A DNA stretch of 64,000 bases, taken from the IMG/VR virus record IMGVR_UViG_3300025704_000003. The stretch is one strand, 5' to 3'. The stretch comes from a virus. Positions 9,322 through 18,653 of the stretch are shown piece by piece; position 1 is the first letter of the stretch; the number at the start of each line of letters is the position of its first letter. Position numbers and translations under genes: made by a program. The notes below the pieces were generated by a model. That model ran no database searches and was not told the DNA's origin. It saw only the letters and a list, made by a program, of their open reading frames with translations.

Positions 9322-9887
9322 TGGGTGTTATCAAAAGAGCAGCCGACCTAGTATACACATTTAGATTCCTCAAACTTCTTGTGACGTCGTTTGAAGATAC
9401 CTCTGCATTTAAAATGGGTTTAATCAATGATAAAGGTAAAAGAATAAAAAAGCCTTCTACTACAGAAGAAAAGAATGCTTATACGCCCTTTCATAGATTA
9501 GTTTTTAATATTAAAAAACTTATTCCAGCAGGTAAACTAGGATCATATGCATCAGCTTTATATTTAATTAAAGAACACGGTCAACTAAGAGATGACTCTT
9601 TAGAAAAAATTGTAAAAGAACTTGGCTTAAGTACATTAGATTTTATGTTAGAAGATAATCAATGGTTTGTCTTAGAGGATAGGCAATTATCTCCTGGTGT
9701 TTATAGAATACGAAATGCTAAAATGATTAACTCTACTTTTGAAGATATAGTTAAATCAAAAGATCAGGTTAGAATTAAAGAAGACGCGTATCCCATTGGT
9801 GATATATTCGGCATTGACATATATGAAGGAATACACCTTAACACAAATCAAAAAATTTACGTATCATCAACGGAGCTAATTAAATGA
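9321..9887 (+). CDS. conserved hypothetical protein of T4-like phages
   Basis: YTFRFLKLLVT...AYTPFHRLVFNIKK. Confidence 0.75.
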   Translation: MGVIKRAADLVYTFRFLKLLVTSFEDTSAFKMGLINDKGKRIKKPSTTEEKNAYTPFHRLVFNIKKLIPAGKLGSYASALYLIKEHGQLRDDSLEKIVKELGLSTLDFMLEDNQWFVLEDRQLSPGVYRIRNAKMINSTFEDIVKSKDQVRIKEDAYPIGDIFGIDIYEGIHLNTNQKIYVSSTELIK

Positions 9888-10192
9888 CAGATTGGGTTTG
9901 CGGCGTTTGTAATAACGAACCATGTACATGCAAAAATATTTCTGAAGCTGGTCTATGGGCAAATATTTGGGCCAAACGTAGAGCTGGTAAAAAGATGCGT
10001 AAGAAGGGTGAAAAGGGTGCACCTACTCCTGATGCAATTAAAAAGGCACAAGAGGATATTGGAACTACAACTGGATCTGTTGTAGGCGCAGGAGATAATC
10101 CATCTGGAACAGTGGTTATAGATAAGCGTAGACGTAAAGACAAATCGCCACGTGTTCTAAAACGGTTTAGAAAATATTTAGATCATGATTAG
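9884..10192 (+). CDS. hypothetical protein
   Basis: CxxC..CxC N-terminus, GLWANIWAKR basic module. Confidence 0.7.
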   Translation: MTDWVCGVCNNEPCTCKNISEAGLWANIWAKRRAGKKMRKKGEKGAPTPDAIKKAQEDIGTTTGSVVGAGDNPSGTVVIDKRRRKDKSPRVLKRFRKYLDHD

Positions 10193-10610
10193 AATATATC
10201 TCTTTTGTTTTTTAGTCGCTACGTTTGGTGGAATTGGTTATACCGCATATTGGTATTATCAAAACTCAGAAGCTGAGAAAGCGCAATTAAGAGAAAATAA
10301 TGTTTTGCTAAGGGGCGCAACCGCAACCTTAGAAAAAACGGTAACTGAATTGCAAGATGAAGCTGGCGAAAATGCTTTAATGATTGTTGAACTTCAGGAA
10401 GCATTGCAAAGGTCAGAAGCTGGACTTGATAGGCTTAGAAAAAGATTTAGTCAAATTGATATAACAAGACAAGCTCTTGAAGATCCAGCGGATCTTGAGC
10501 GGAGGATTAATCGTGGCGTGGACAGACTCATACAAAACATTTTATCTGATACCTCTCCTTCTACTACTAGCGAGCTGCGCGAAAGCGCCGGAGCAGATAG
10601 TAGTAACTGA
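10185..10610 (+). CDS. putative inner-membrane spanin (Rz-like)
   Basis: N-terminal TM, long coiled coil, overlaps downstream lipoprotein gene. Confidence 0.7.
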   Translation: MIRIYLFCFLVATFGGIGYTAYWYYQNSEAEKAQLRENNVLLRGATATLEKTVTELQDEAGENALMIVELQEALQRSEAGLDRLRKRFSQIDITRQALEDPADLERRINRGVDRLIQNILSDTSPSTTSELRESAGADSSN

Positions 10611-10890
10611 GACAGAATTTATTTATCCAAATATTCCAGCACAGGCAGCACCGAAACCGGTTGATATGCCTGATGTTGAATGGTTTGTTGTGAATGAAGA
10701 TAACTTAGAAGAAGCTATTGAACGAATTAAAGAAGCCGGTGGTGTTGCCGCCTTCATGGCTATTACGCCAAAAGGCTATGAGAACCTATCATTAGGCATA
10801 GCTGACTTACGCAGATATATACTTCAACAAAAAGAAATTATCGCGTATTACGAAACACAAATCCAAGAAAAAACAAATAAAAATAAATAA
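10513..10890 (+). CDS. putative outer-membrane lipoprotein spanin (Rz1-like)
   Basis: GGAGG at 10501 before GTG 10513; lipobox LLLLAS-C; Pro-rich linker. Confidence 0.7.
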   Translation: MAWTDSYKTFYLIPLLLLLASCAKAPEQIVVTETEFIYPNIPAQAAPKPVDMPDVEWFVVNEDNLEEAIERIKEAGGVAAFMAITPKGYENLSLGIADLRRYILQQKEIIAYYETQIQEKTNKNK

Positions 10891-10942
10891 ATATTTTTAC
10901 AATATATTGCTATATTTAGTACAGATATAGCATATATTGCTA

Positions 10943-10971
10943 TTTACAAAGACGTGGTTTTGATATATAAT
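10943..10971 (+). promoter_or_regulatory. sigma70-like promoter for RNR
   Basis: TTTACA-N17-TATAAT upstream of AAGGA RBS. Confidence 0.6.
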
Positions 10972-11011
10972 ACCACAATAAGAGAAAATCATTTACATAA
11001 AGGAAATTGCA

Positions 11012-13228
11012 ATGGCAACAGCTTCTGTTGACACACGTAAACTTTTGTCCGAAACAAAGTTTTACGATAGTTACTCACGCTTTAACGACGAAAATGAAAG
11101 GTACGAAACATGGGAGGAAGCTGTAGATCGCGTGATCGAAATGCACGCAGATCAATACAAAGAAAATGATAACGGATTAAAGTCTTATTTAGAAGAAGCT
11201 AGACATGCCTATAAAGAACAAAGAGTATTAGGCGCACAACGTGCTCTCCAGTTTGGTGGAGATCAATTGCTAAAACATCAAATGAGAATGTATAACTGTA
11301 CGTCTTCATATGCAGACCGAGCAGCATTTTTTGGTGAAATTTTTTATATTTTACTATGTGGTGCTGGTGCAGGATTTTCTGTACAAGAACACCATGTCGC
11401 TAGACTTCCAAAGATTACGGCACGAAGCAAGCCTGCAAAGACTCATGTTGTTACAGATGATATCGAAGGATGGGCAACCGCGGTTGATATTCTTATGTCA
11501 TCTTACTTTACTAATGGCGGCAAATATCCAGATTATGCTGGTCGCAGAGTTTATTTTGATTTGTCAAACATCCGGCCAAAAGGATCTAAGATCTCTGGTG
11601 GATTTAAAGCACCTGGTCCCGATGGTCTACGTCGTGCACTTGACAAGATTGAGCATCTATTGCAAGACATTGTAATTGATACAAAGGAATCAATTGCGCT
11701 GCGTCCAATTAATGTCTATGATATTTGTATGCATACCGCTGATGCCGTACTATCAGGCGGTGTTCGCCGTTCAGCAACTATTTGCCTATTCTCACCTAAC
11801 GACGAAGAAATGATGTCAGCTAAAACTGGCAATTGGTTTGTTAATAATCCACAACGTGGTCGATCAAATAACTCTGCCGTTATTGTTCGAGATAAAACTA
11901 CGCCTGAACAGTTTAGTAATATTATGACTAATGTGAAAGAATTTGGTGAACCAGGATTTGTATTTGTAGAGTCAACCGAACATACAACTAATCCTTGTGT
12001 TGAAATCGGGATGTTCCCACAAATTGATGGGCAATCTGGATGGCAGGGATGTAATCTAACAGAGATTAACGGTGGTAAATGCGTAACTAAAGAAGATTTC
12101 TTTCTTGCATGCCGCGCTGGTGCGATCTTAGGCACACTCCAGGCAGGATATACTGACTTTAAATTCTTACCAGACACGACTAAAGACATTTTTGATCGTG
12201 AAGCTTTACTTGGCGTATCAATCACTGGCTGGATGAATAATCCTGATATTCTATTTGATGCAGACATACTTGAAGAAGGAGCAAGCATTGTCAAACAAGT
12301 CAACAGAGAAGTTGCTGAAGTTATTGGAATCAACGCAGCGGCTCGAACAACTTGTGTCAAGCCAAGCGGCAATGCTTCGGTTCTATTGCAAACTGCTAGC
12401 GGTATTCACGCTGAGCATTCTAATATGTACATTCGTAATGTTCAAATGAATAAAGAATCTGAGGTAACTCAGGCTATACAAAAACAAAATCCACATATGG
12501 TTGAAGAATCAGTTTGGTCTTCAGGCGGAACAGACGTAGTCGTGTCATTTCCAATTCTTCCAAAAGAAGGATCTATGCTAAAAGACGATTTGATTGGCGT
12601 AGACCATCTTGAAAAAGTCAAGCTAGCTCAAGAGCATTGGGTTAATGCAGGCACAAACGAAGAACTATGTGCTGACAAAGGCATTCGTCACAACGTATCA
12701 AATACTATTATCGTAAAAGATTGGGATGAAGTAGAAAACTACGTATTTAAAAATCGTCGTAGCTTTGCTGGTATTTCATTCTTATCTGCAATGGGTGACA
12801 AAGACTTTAACCAGGCGCCAAATACCGGAGTTATCGATGCAAATACTATGGTTGATAAATACGGAACAGCTGCCATCTTTGCAAGTGGTTTAGTTGTTGA
12901 TGCGCTTAATGCGTTTGATAATCTTTGGACTGCATGTTCTACTGCCCAAGGTATGGGTGAAGATCTATCAGTCGAGTCTACTCAGACAGCATTGAAGAAA
13001 GATTGGATTCGTCGCTTTAATAACTTTGCTAATAACTATCTTGATGGCAATCTAAAAGAAACTGAGTATTGTTTGAAGGATTCGTATTTACTACATAAGT
13101 GGAATAAAATTAATGCGAACTTCAAAGATATGAATTGGGAACAAGACCTGACCGAAAAGAAGTATACTGACGTTGATACGTTAGGTGCCGCGGCTTGTGC
13201 AGGTGGAGCATGCGAGATTGACTTTTAA
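11012..13228 (+). CDS. nrdJ: class II adenosylcobalamin-dependent ribonucleotide reductase (monomeric RTPR type)
   Basis: YNC, GGVRRSA, TNPCVEI, CNLTEIN, TCVKPSGNAS, C-terminal CAGGAC; no adjacent beta subunit. Confidence 0.85.
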   Translation: MATASVDTRKLLSETKFYDSYSRFNDENERYETWEEAVDRVIEMHADQYKENDNGLKSYLEEARHAYKEQRVLGAQRALQFGGDQLLKHQMRMYNCTSSYADRAAFFGEIFYILLCGAGAGFSVQEHHVARLPKITARSKPAKTHVVTDDIEGWATAVDILMSSYFTNGGKYPDYAGRRVYFDLSNIRPKGSKISGGFKAPGPDGLRRALDKIEHLLQDIVIDTKESIALRPINVYDICMHTADAVLSGGVRRSATICLFSPNDEEMMSAKTGNWFVNNPQRGRSNNSAVIVRDKTTPEQFSNIMTNVKEFGEPGFVFVESTEHTTNPCVEIGMFPQIDGQSGWQGCNLTEINGGKCVTKEDFFLACRAGAILGTLQAGYTDFKFLPDTTKDIFDREALLGVSITGWMNNPDILFDADILEEGASIVKQVNREVAEVIGINAAARTTCVKPSGNASVLLQTASGIHAEHSNMYIRNVQMNKESEVTQAIQKQNPHMVEESVWSSGGTDVVVSFPILPKEGSMLKDDLIGVDHLEKVKLAQEHWVNAGTNEELCADKGIRHNVSNTIIVKDWDEVENYVFKNRRSFAGISFLSAMGDKDFNQAPNTGVIDANTMVDKYGTAAIFASGLVVDALNAFDNLWTACSTAQGMGEDLSVESTQTALKKDWIRRFNNFANNYLDGNLKETEYCLKDSYLLHKWNKINANFKDMNWEQDLTEKKYTDVDTLGAAACAGGACEIDF

Positions 13229-13374
13229 TGGCAAATGAAAAAAGCTTTATAGTTGAATGCAATTACTGTGACGTTGAATCAGAAATATATTCCGAAACGC
13301 ATATGACAGTTGAATATTGTCCATTTTGTGGTGAAGAGAATAATGCGATAGAATTAGATTCAGATGAGTACTGA
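13228..13374 (+). CDS. small zinc-ribbon protein (48 aa, not in ORF track)
   Basis: CNYC...CPFCG; TAATG coupling to nrdJ. Confidence 0.75.
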   Translation: MANEKSFIVECNYCDVESEIYSETHMTVEYCPFCGEENNAIELDSDEY

Positions 13375-13624
13375 GATTAATTCAGTAGCTACTAATATAC
13401 AAAGCGCCATGATGCTTCAAGGTGTTAGTAGGAATATGCAAATGAATACTCCTAACGAACGACAATCATTAAAAGGCGTAAGTAAAAATATGCCTTTTAA
13501 TTATGAATCAAGTAAGCATGCTCAACAAGATTATAAATCTGAAGTTTATTACAATTATAATCGAAAAGGTGAAAGAGTAATGATTCAACAAATTGGAAAT
13601 AAAGTTGACATAAAAATAGTATAG
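13364..13624 (+). CDS. hypothetical protein
   Basis: 86 aa with internal duplication GVSRNM/GVSKNM. Confidence 0.6.
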   Translation: MSTEINSVATNIQSAMMLQGVSRNMQMNTPNERQSLKGVSKNMPFNYESSKHAQQDYKSEVYYNYNRKGERVMIQQIGNKVDIKIV

Positions 13625-13632
13625 ATACCCTT

Positions 13633-14028
13633 ATGTGGGTTTATGAAAATAAAGACTTTGATCAAACCCCTGATGAATTTCAGGGGTTTGTTTATATGGT
13701 GACCGAGTTAGATACCGGTAAAAAATACATTGGCAAGAAGTTTTTCTGGAAGCCGAAAATATTGCCTGTGACTAAGACACGCAAACGTAGAGTCCGCACA
13801 CGAGTCGAATCTGATTGGCGAGACTATTACGGTTCGAGTAAAGAAGTTCAAGCTTTAGTTGAATCAAAAGGCAAAGATAATTACAAAAGAGAAATCTTAA
13901 GACTTTGCAAGTCAAAAGGTGAGTGCTCTTACTACGAAGCAAAACTCCAATTTCAATACGATGTATTACTATCCGATGAATTTTATAACGAATTCATTGG
14001 CTGCAAAATACATTCAAAGCATATATAA
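13633..14028 (+). CDS. GIY-YIG-like nuclease domain protein
   Basis: GFVY...KKYIGKK, YYGSS, YYEAK. Confidence 0.75.
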   Translation: MWVYENKDFDQTPDEFQGFVYMVTELDTGKKYIGKKFFWKPKILPVTKTRKRRVRTRVESDWRDYYGSSKEVQALVESKGKDNYKREILRLCKSKGECSYYEAKLQFQYDVLLSDEFYNEFIGCKIHSKHI

Positions 14029-14042
14029 TATATGAGGATAAT

Positions 14043-14459
14043 ATGGTAAGACCAGTATATGAAGTGGTTCGTCGTACTAAAAATCGACGTAACAAAGAAG
14101 ACAAAGTCAAAGAGTTACAAGAAAACGAATCTTGGGCTTTGAAAGATATTTTACGCGGCTCGTATGATAGTACCGTTACATTTAGCTTTCCTGGAGGCGA
14201 TCCGCCTTTTACTCCCAATCAAGAACACAATGCACCATCAAACCTTCTCAAGGAACACAAGAGATTTGTCTATTTTGTTTCTGGAGGTCCAGGTGATGAA
14301 ATGCCACCATACAAACGTGAAAGAATTCTATTTGAGATCTTAGAAGGCATTCATCCAGATGACGCTAAGCTTGTTGTATCAATGATTAATAAAAAGAAAT
14401 TAGAAGGCATTTCGAGGCCTGTAATCGAGGAAGCGTTTCCTGGATTATTGCGAGACTAG
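14043..14459 (+). CDS. conserved hypothetical protein of T4-like phages
   Basis: KRERILFEILEGIHPDDA...EAFPGLL; GAGGA RBS. Confidence 0.75.
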   Translation: MVRPVYEVVRRTKNRRNKEDKVKELQENESWALKDILRGSYDSTVTFSFPGGDPPFTPNQEHNAPSNLLKEHKRFVYFVSGGPGDEMPPYKRERILFEILEGIHPDDAKLVVSMINKKKLEGISRPVIEEAFPGLLRD

Positions 14460-14505
14460 ATTATGATTATGTGACTTTCTTTTACTTTAAAGGAGACATT
14501 TATAC

Positions 14506-14658
14506 ATGTCAGAAATTCAACTGAACCGTCTTAGAAAAGATTCGCTTGAACTAAAAGAATATGCTCAAAAACTTGAGCGCAAAGGTAAGATCTCACTAAT
14601 GCAAAAAATTCTACTCAAACGAAAATATCTAGACAATCGTATAAAAGAAGCTTCATAG
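14506..14658 (+). CDS. small hypothetical protein (50 aa, not in ORF track)
   Basis: AAGGAG RBS; MSEIQLNRLRKD... Confidence 0.65.
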   Translation: MSEIQLNRLRKDSLELKEYAQKLERKGKISLMQKILLKRKYLDNRIKEAS

Positions 14659-14670
14659 TAAAAATAGGAG

Positions 14671-14699
14671 TGTACTTCCCCCATATAGTGTGGTATAAT
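14671..14699 (+). promoter_or_regulatory. early/middle promoter (TGTAC family)
   Basis: TGTACT-N17-TATAAT. Confidence 0.75.
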
Positions 14700-14732
14700 A
14701 AAGTATCAATACTTAATGGGGGATAGTATACT

Positions 14733-15293
14733 GTGAATATATTCGTCTTAGACAAAAATCCAATAGTTGCTGCTCAACTGCAATGCGATAAGCACGTCGT
14801 AAAAATGATTGTTGAGTCGGCGCAAATGCTTTCAACGGCCCATCGTATGTTAGATGGCCAAGAATATAAAGCTCCGTCTAAATCAGGTAAACGTATGGTT
14901 AAAAAGTGGAAACTTAAAAACCATGATGATGTTATTTATAGTGCTGTACATATGGGTCATCCTTGTACTGTATGGACTATGGAATCAAATGCTAATTACG
15001 AATGGCATTACAAACATTTTATTGCCTTGTGTGACGAATACACTTTTCGATATGGTAAGACTCATGGCACAGATACTAAGCTTAGAGAAATTCTTAAGAA
15101 ACCTCCTTCTCATATACCTTGGACAAATCTATGCACGCCGTTTAAACTTGCAATGCAGCACGAACCTCAGTGTATGCATGAGAATGATCCTGTAAGATCT
15201 TATCAGGAATACTATCAAACTAAACAGGATCGTTTTAAAATGATATGGACTAAGCGTGACATTCCGGAGTGGTTTAATGTTTACGCAGCCTGA
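14733..15293 (+). CDS. pyrimidine dimer DNA glycosylase / endonuclease V-like protein
   Basis: MNIFVLD...CDKHVVKMIVESAQMLSTAH, HPCTVW, EYTFRYGKTH. Confidence 0.75.
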   Translation: MNIFVLDKNPIVAAQLQCDKHVVKMIVESAQMLSTAHRMLDGQEYKAPSKSGKRMVKKWKLKNHDDVIYSAVHMGHPCTVWTMESNANYEWHYKHFIALCDEYTFRYGKTHGTDTKLREILKKPPSHIPWTNLCTPFKLAMQHEPQCMHENDPVRSYQEYYQTKQDRFKMIWTKRDIPEWFNVYAA

Positions 15294-15597
15294 ATATAAA
15301 GTTATTGATGAACTTAAATTTGGTGACCCAGACATACCAGGTACATGGCTAAGACTTGAGGAAAGTGAAAGCGGAAAAAGAGTCATTAGGCACTGGTCAT
15401 CTATGTCTAAACAATGGAATGTCATGTATAGATACAATGTACAAGAAAATTGGGAAATGTGGAAAAGGCATGAAACAGAAACATCTTTACCGGCTAAAGA
15501 ACGCACAAACAAAAGAAGTGTACGTAAAGCAGCTGACGCGTCAAGAACTAGTAGAGTACCTCGAAAAAAATCCAAACGTAAGCCTATATCGGAGTAG
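15277..15597 (+). CDS. hypothetical protein
   Basis: GGAG before ATG 15277; a second small ORF (15470-15601) overlaps its 3' end. Confidence 0.6.
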   Translation: MFTQPEYKVIDELKFGDPDIPGTWLRLEESESGKRVIRHWSSMSKQWNVMYRYNVQENWEMWKRHETETSLPAKERTNKRSVRKAADASRTSRVPRKKSKRKPISE

Positions 15598-15601
15598 TTA
15601 A

Positions 15602-15838
15602 TTGCCAATCTATACAGTTAGAAGAGACAGCGCCGATGCTGAAAGGTCGTGGGAAGTCTCGTGCTCGTGGAAAGAACTCCAGGACATGTTAGAAGAATAT
15701 AAGCTAATTCAAGTTTTGTCTGCTCCTAGAATTGTTGAGTCTACCGGAGGCGTCTTATCTAAAACACCTGACAGTTGGAAAGAACATTTAGGTCGTGTTA
15801 AAAAAGGTGCTGGTGTAGGAAATACTATAAAAACATGA
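15602..15838 (+). CDS. small hypothetical protein (FmdB-like context)
   Basis: TTG start after GGAG; MPIY...APRIV..G...KTPDSWKE; upstream of phoH. Confidence 0.65.
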   Translation: MPIYTVRRDSADAERSWEVSCSWKELQDMLEEYKLIQVLSAPRIVESTGGVLSKTPDSWKEHLGRVKKGAGVGNTIKT

Positions 15839-16530
15839 AAAGAAATAAGCAACCAAATAATTCTATGACAGTACGTTTAGATGATCTATTAGAGTATGAA
15901 CCATTAACTGAAACACAAAAGGTTGCGTTTGATTCTTGGGATGACGATAATAATATGGTATTGGCTGGATCAGCTGGTACCGGTAAAACATTTGTAGGAA
16001 TGTACCTTGGTTTAGAAGCAGTTCTAGATCCTAATACTCTACAAGATAGACTAATTATCATAAGATCTATGGTTCCAACGAGAGATATGGGATACTTGCC
16101 TGGCACTAAGGCAGAAAAAGAAGAAGCATACATTGCTCCATATAAAGCTATTGCCTGCGATTTATTTGGTGATAAGGGATCTTGGAGTAAAGCGATATCT
16201 TCAGGTAAAATTCAATTTGAATCTACTTCCTTTATCAGAGGTGTAACTGTAGATAATGCTGTGATATTAGTAGACGAGATGCAGAATCTAAACTTCCATG
16301 AGCTAGACTCTGTTATAACACGTGTCGGTAGAGATTCGCGTATTATATTTAGTGGTGATCATCTACAAACTGATTTTAAATATGAAGATGATAAAACAGG
16401 AATATATAAATTTCTAACAATCGTAGAACAACTAAAAAACTTTGATATAATTAATTTTGGATGGCAGGATATTGTGCGATCTGATTTTGTAAGAGACTAT
16501 ATTATGACAAAAGAAATGCTCAACCTATAG
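15835..16530 (+). CDS. phoH: PhoH-like ATPase
   Basis: GSAGTGKT, GYLPGT, SFIRG, DEMQN, TRVG, GDHLQTD, DIVRS. Confidence 0.95.
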   Translation: MKRNKQPNNSMTVRLDDLLEYEPLTETQKVAFDSWDDDNNMVLAGSAGTGKTFVGMYLGLEAVLDPNTLQDRLIIIRSMVPTRDMGYLPGTKAEKEEAYIAPYKAIACDLFGDKGSWSKAISSGKIQFESTSFIRGVTVDNAVILVDEMQNLNFHELDSVITRVGRDSRIIFSGDHLQTDFKYEDDKTGIYKFLTIVEQLKNFDIINFGWQDIVRSDFVRDYIMTKEMLNL

Positions 16531-16539
16531 GAGGATTAT

Positions 16540-17007
16540 ATGGCATTTAATCTATCAAACCGATCAAAAGGTAAACTCGAAGGAGTTCATCCTGATATGG
16601 TAGCCGTAGTCGAACGTGCAATTGAATTAACTAAAGTCGATTTCGGTGTTACATACGGTGTACGTACTGTAGAAGAACAAGAGAAGCTGGTTGCTGCCGG
16701 CAGATCTCAAACAATGAAATCAAAACATCTTGTACAAGATACTGGTTATTCACATGCTGTCGATGTTGTAGCATATGATGGATCTGATGTTGTATGGGAA
16801 CTAAATGTCTATGATGATATTTGTGATGCATTTAAAGAAGCAGCGATTGAAGTCGGTGTGGCAATTAAATGGGGAGCAGCATGGTCTGAGGGTGACATTC
16901 GTACGTACGAAGGAACAGCCGAAGATGCTATGAATAACTATATTGATCTACGTCGATCGCAAGGCCGCCGGCCGTTTATTGATGGACCTCATTTTGAATT
17001 AATGTAA
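16540..17007 (+). CDS. endolysin, M15 family L-Ala-D-Glu peptidase
   Basis: GVRTVEEQ, SKHL...HAVD, WG, DGPHFEL as in T5-type endolysin. Confidence 0.85.
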   Translation: MAFNLSNRSKGKLEGVHPDMVAVVERAIELTKVDFGVTYGVRTVEEQEKLVAAGRSQTMKSKHLVQDTGYSHAVDVVAYDGSDVVWELNVYDDICDAFKEAAIEVGVAIKWGAAWSEGDIRTYEGTAEDAMNNYIDLRRSQGRRPFIDGPHFELM

Positions 17008-17015
17008 ATTAACTG

Positions 17016-17044
17016 TGTACAAACCCAGTTATATGTGTTAGAAT
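17016..17044 (+). promoter_or_regulatory. early/middle promoter (TGTAC family)
   Basis: AATTAACTG-TGTACA-N17-TAGAAT. Confidence 0.8.
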
Positions 17045-17050
17045 GTTATT

Positions 17051-17731
17051 ATGAATTATATACATGAAAAAATTGACTTAGGCTATGAAACTCTCACACG
17101 AGAAGATGGCAAGCAGCGCAGATATGTCACTCCTAACGGCGTGGCATATCCTAGCGTTACAACTGTAACCTCTATTCTAAACGAAGACAAGATCGCTGCA
17201 TGGCGAGCTCGTGTTGGTGAAGAAGAAGCTAACAAGATCGGTAGTAAAGCTGCTACTCGTGGTACTGCGGTACACAATCTTGTAGAGAAATATCTACAAA
17301 ACGATCCAGATTATGCTGAAGGTGTGATGCCACACGTCATGCAAAGTCTAACTAACATGAAACCTATTCTTGAAAAGCGGATGAATGTAATCTATGATCA
17401 AGAAGTTCCGCTCTATAGCGATCATCTTAAACTAGCCGGTACGTGTGACTGTGCTTGTAAGTTTGATGGTGTAAATAGCATCGTTGATTTTAAGACTTCT
17501 CGCTTTCCTAAGAAGAAAAAGATGCTTGACCATTACTTTATTCAAGCATGCGCCTATTCAATTATGTGGGAAGAACGTACTGGTATGGCAATGCCTAATC
17601 TAGTGATTCTCATGGATGTTGATAATGGTCGAGCTCTTACATATAAAGAGCATCGTGACAATTGGATTGAACGATTGCACGAAACCATAGATTTATTCTA
17701 TACAAGGCAAAAGCAAATGGTACTGTCTTAA
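17051..17731 (+). CDS. PD-(D/E)xK exonuclease
   Basis: YPSVTTV, RGTAVH, AGTCD, IVDFKTS, YFIQACAY. Confidence 0.85.
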   Translation: MNYIHEKIDLGYETLTREDGKQRRYVTPNGVAYPSVTTVTSILNEDKIAAWRARVGEEEANKIGSKAATRGTAVHNLVEKYLQNDPDYAEGVMPHVMQSLTNMKPILEKRMNVIYDQEVPLYSDHLKLAGTCDCACKFDGVNSIVDFKTSRFPKKKKMLDHYFIQACAYSIMWEERTGMAMPNLVILMDVDNGRALTYKEHRDNWIERLHETIDLFYTRQKQMVLS

Positions 17732-17760
17732 ATTATTTTTCCAAAAACCGCAATTAACTG

Positions 17761-17789
17761 TGTACATCTCCTTAAAAGTATGGTATAAC
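17761..17789 (+). promoter_or_regulatory. early/middle promoter (TGTAC family)
   Basis: AATTAACTG-TGTACA-N17-TATAAC. Confidence 0.75.
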
Positions 17790-17830
17790 TATATCATGAT
17801 AAGGATGATATTTGTTATGAAAGGAAAAAA

Positions 17831-18433
17831 ATGAATAATCTAAATAATCTAAATAAAGTAATCTTAACTGACTGCGATGGCGTTCTCATGAATTGGGAAT
17901 ATGCCATGAACGTCTGGATGCAATCTCAAGGATATAAAATCGTTGAAGATGGTCAAGAACATTATGATATGGGAGATCGATATAATCTCGATCCAGAACT
18001 TAAAAGTCGGTTAGTTCGACAATTCAACGAATCCGCTGCTATGGGTTTCTTACCACCTCTTCGTGATGCTATGTATTATGTAGATCTTCTACACCGTAAA
18101 CATGGTTATACTTTTCATATGATTACATCTCTCTCAAAAGACGAGCATGCTCAAAAGCTTCGTATTCAAAATACTAAAAAGCTTTTTGGCGATACTGCCT
18201 TTACTAAATTTATCTTTGAAGACACCGGTGCTGATAAAGACGATGTGTTAGAACCATATCGTGATACTGGACTTATGTGGATTGAAGATAAACTTGAAAA
18301 TGCTGAGCTCGGTAACGATCTTGGTCTTGAGTCTATTATTGTTGAACATGCACACAATATGCATAATACTACATTCCCAACGTTTGCAAAATGGAAAGAT
18401 ATTTATGAATATATCACTGGCGAGTCTGCTTAA
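17831..18433 (+). CDS. HAD-superfamily phosphatase (5'(3')-deoxyribonucleotidase-like)
   Basis: LTDCDGVL motif I, ITS, K, WIEDK. Confidence 0.8.
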   Translation: MNNLNNLNKVILTDCDGVLMNWEYAMNVWMQSQGYKIVEDGQEHYDMGDRYNLDPELKSRLVRQFNESAAMGFLPPLRDAMYYVDLLHRKHGYTFHMITSLSKDEHAQKLRIQNTKKLFGDTAFTKFIFEDTGADKDDVLEPYRDTGLMWIEDKLENAELGNDLGLESIIVEHAHNMHNTTFPTFAKWKDIYEYITGESA

Positions 18434-18653
18434 CTTGCGTACAGAATACGAAGAAATTATTCGCCGATATAGGATTCCAGATGAGTATAAGAATAGTAGT
18501 ATAGATAGTCTAGTATGGTTCCAAGAGAACGGTAAAGGATCTAATCGTCTGCGAACTAAATATGAACGTGCAAATGAAATTGCAAATATTATTTTGAAAG
18601 AGTCTAGTTATGAAAAGAGTAATCTATCAAGTCTACGTAGGAAAACGCTCTAG
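18405..18653 (+). CDS. hypothetical protein
   Basis: fills gap; ATG 18405 preferred over upstream start. Confidence 0.55.
   Translation: MNISLASLLNLRTEYEEIIRRYRIPDEYKNSSIDSLVWFQENGKGSNRLRTKYERANEIANIILKESSYEKSNLSSLRRKTL

Noticed and set aside
11012-13228. Intron or intein in RNR
   Set aside because: Continuous 738 aa ORF of normal size with no splice motifs
13633-14028. Mobile homing endonuclease
   Set aside because: Only 131 aa with no DNA-binding extension; looks like a conserved small GIY-YIG-like phage protein
17051-17731. Cas4 as part of a CRISPR system
   Set aside because: Lacks the C-terminal three-Cys Fe-S motif and any cas context; ordinary phage exonuclease
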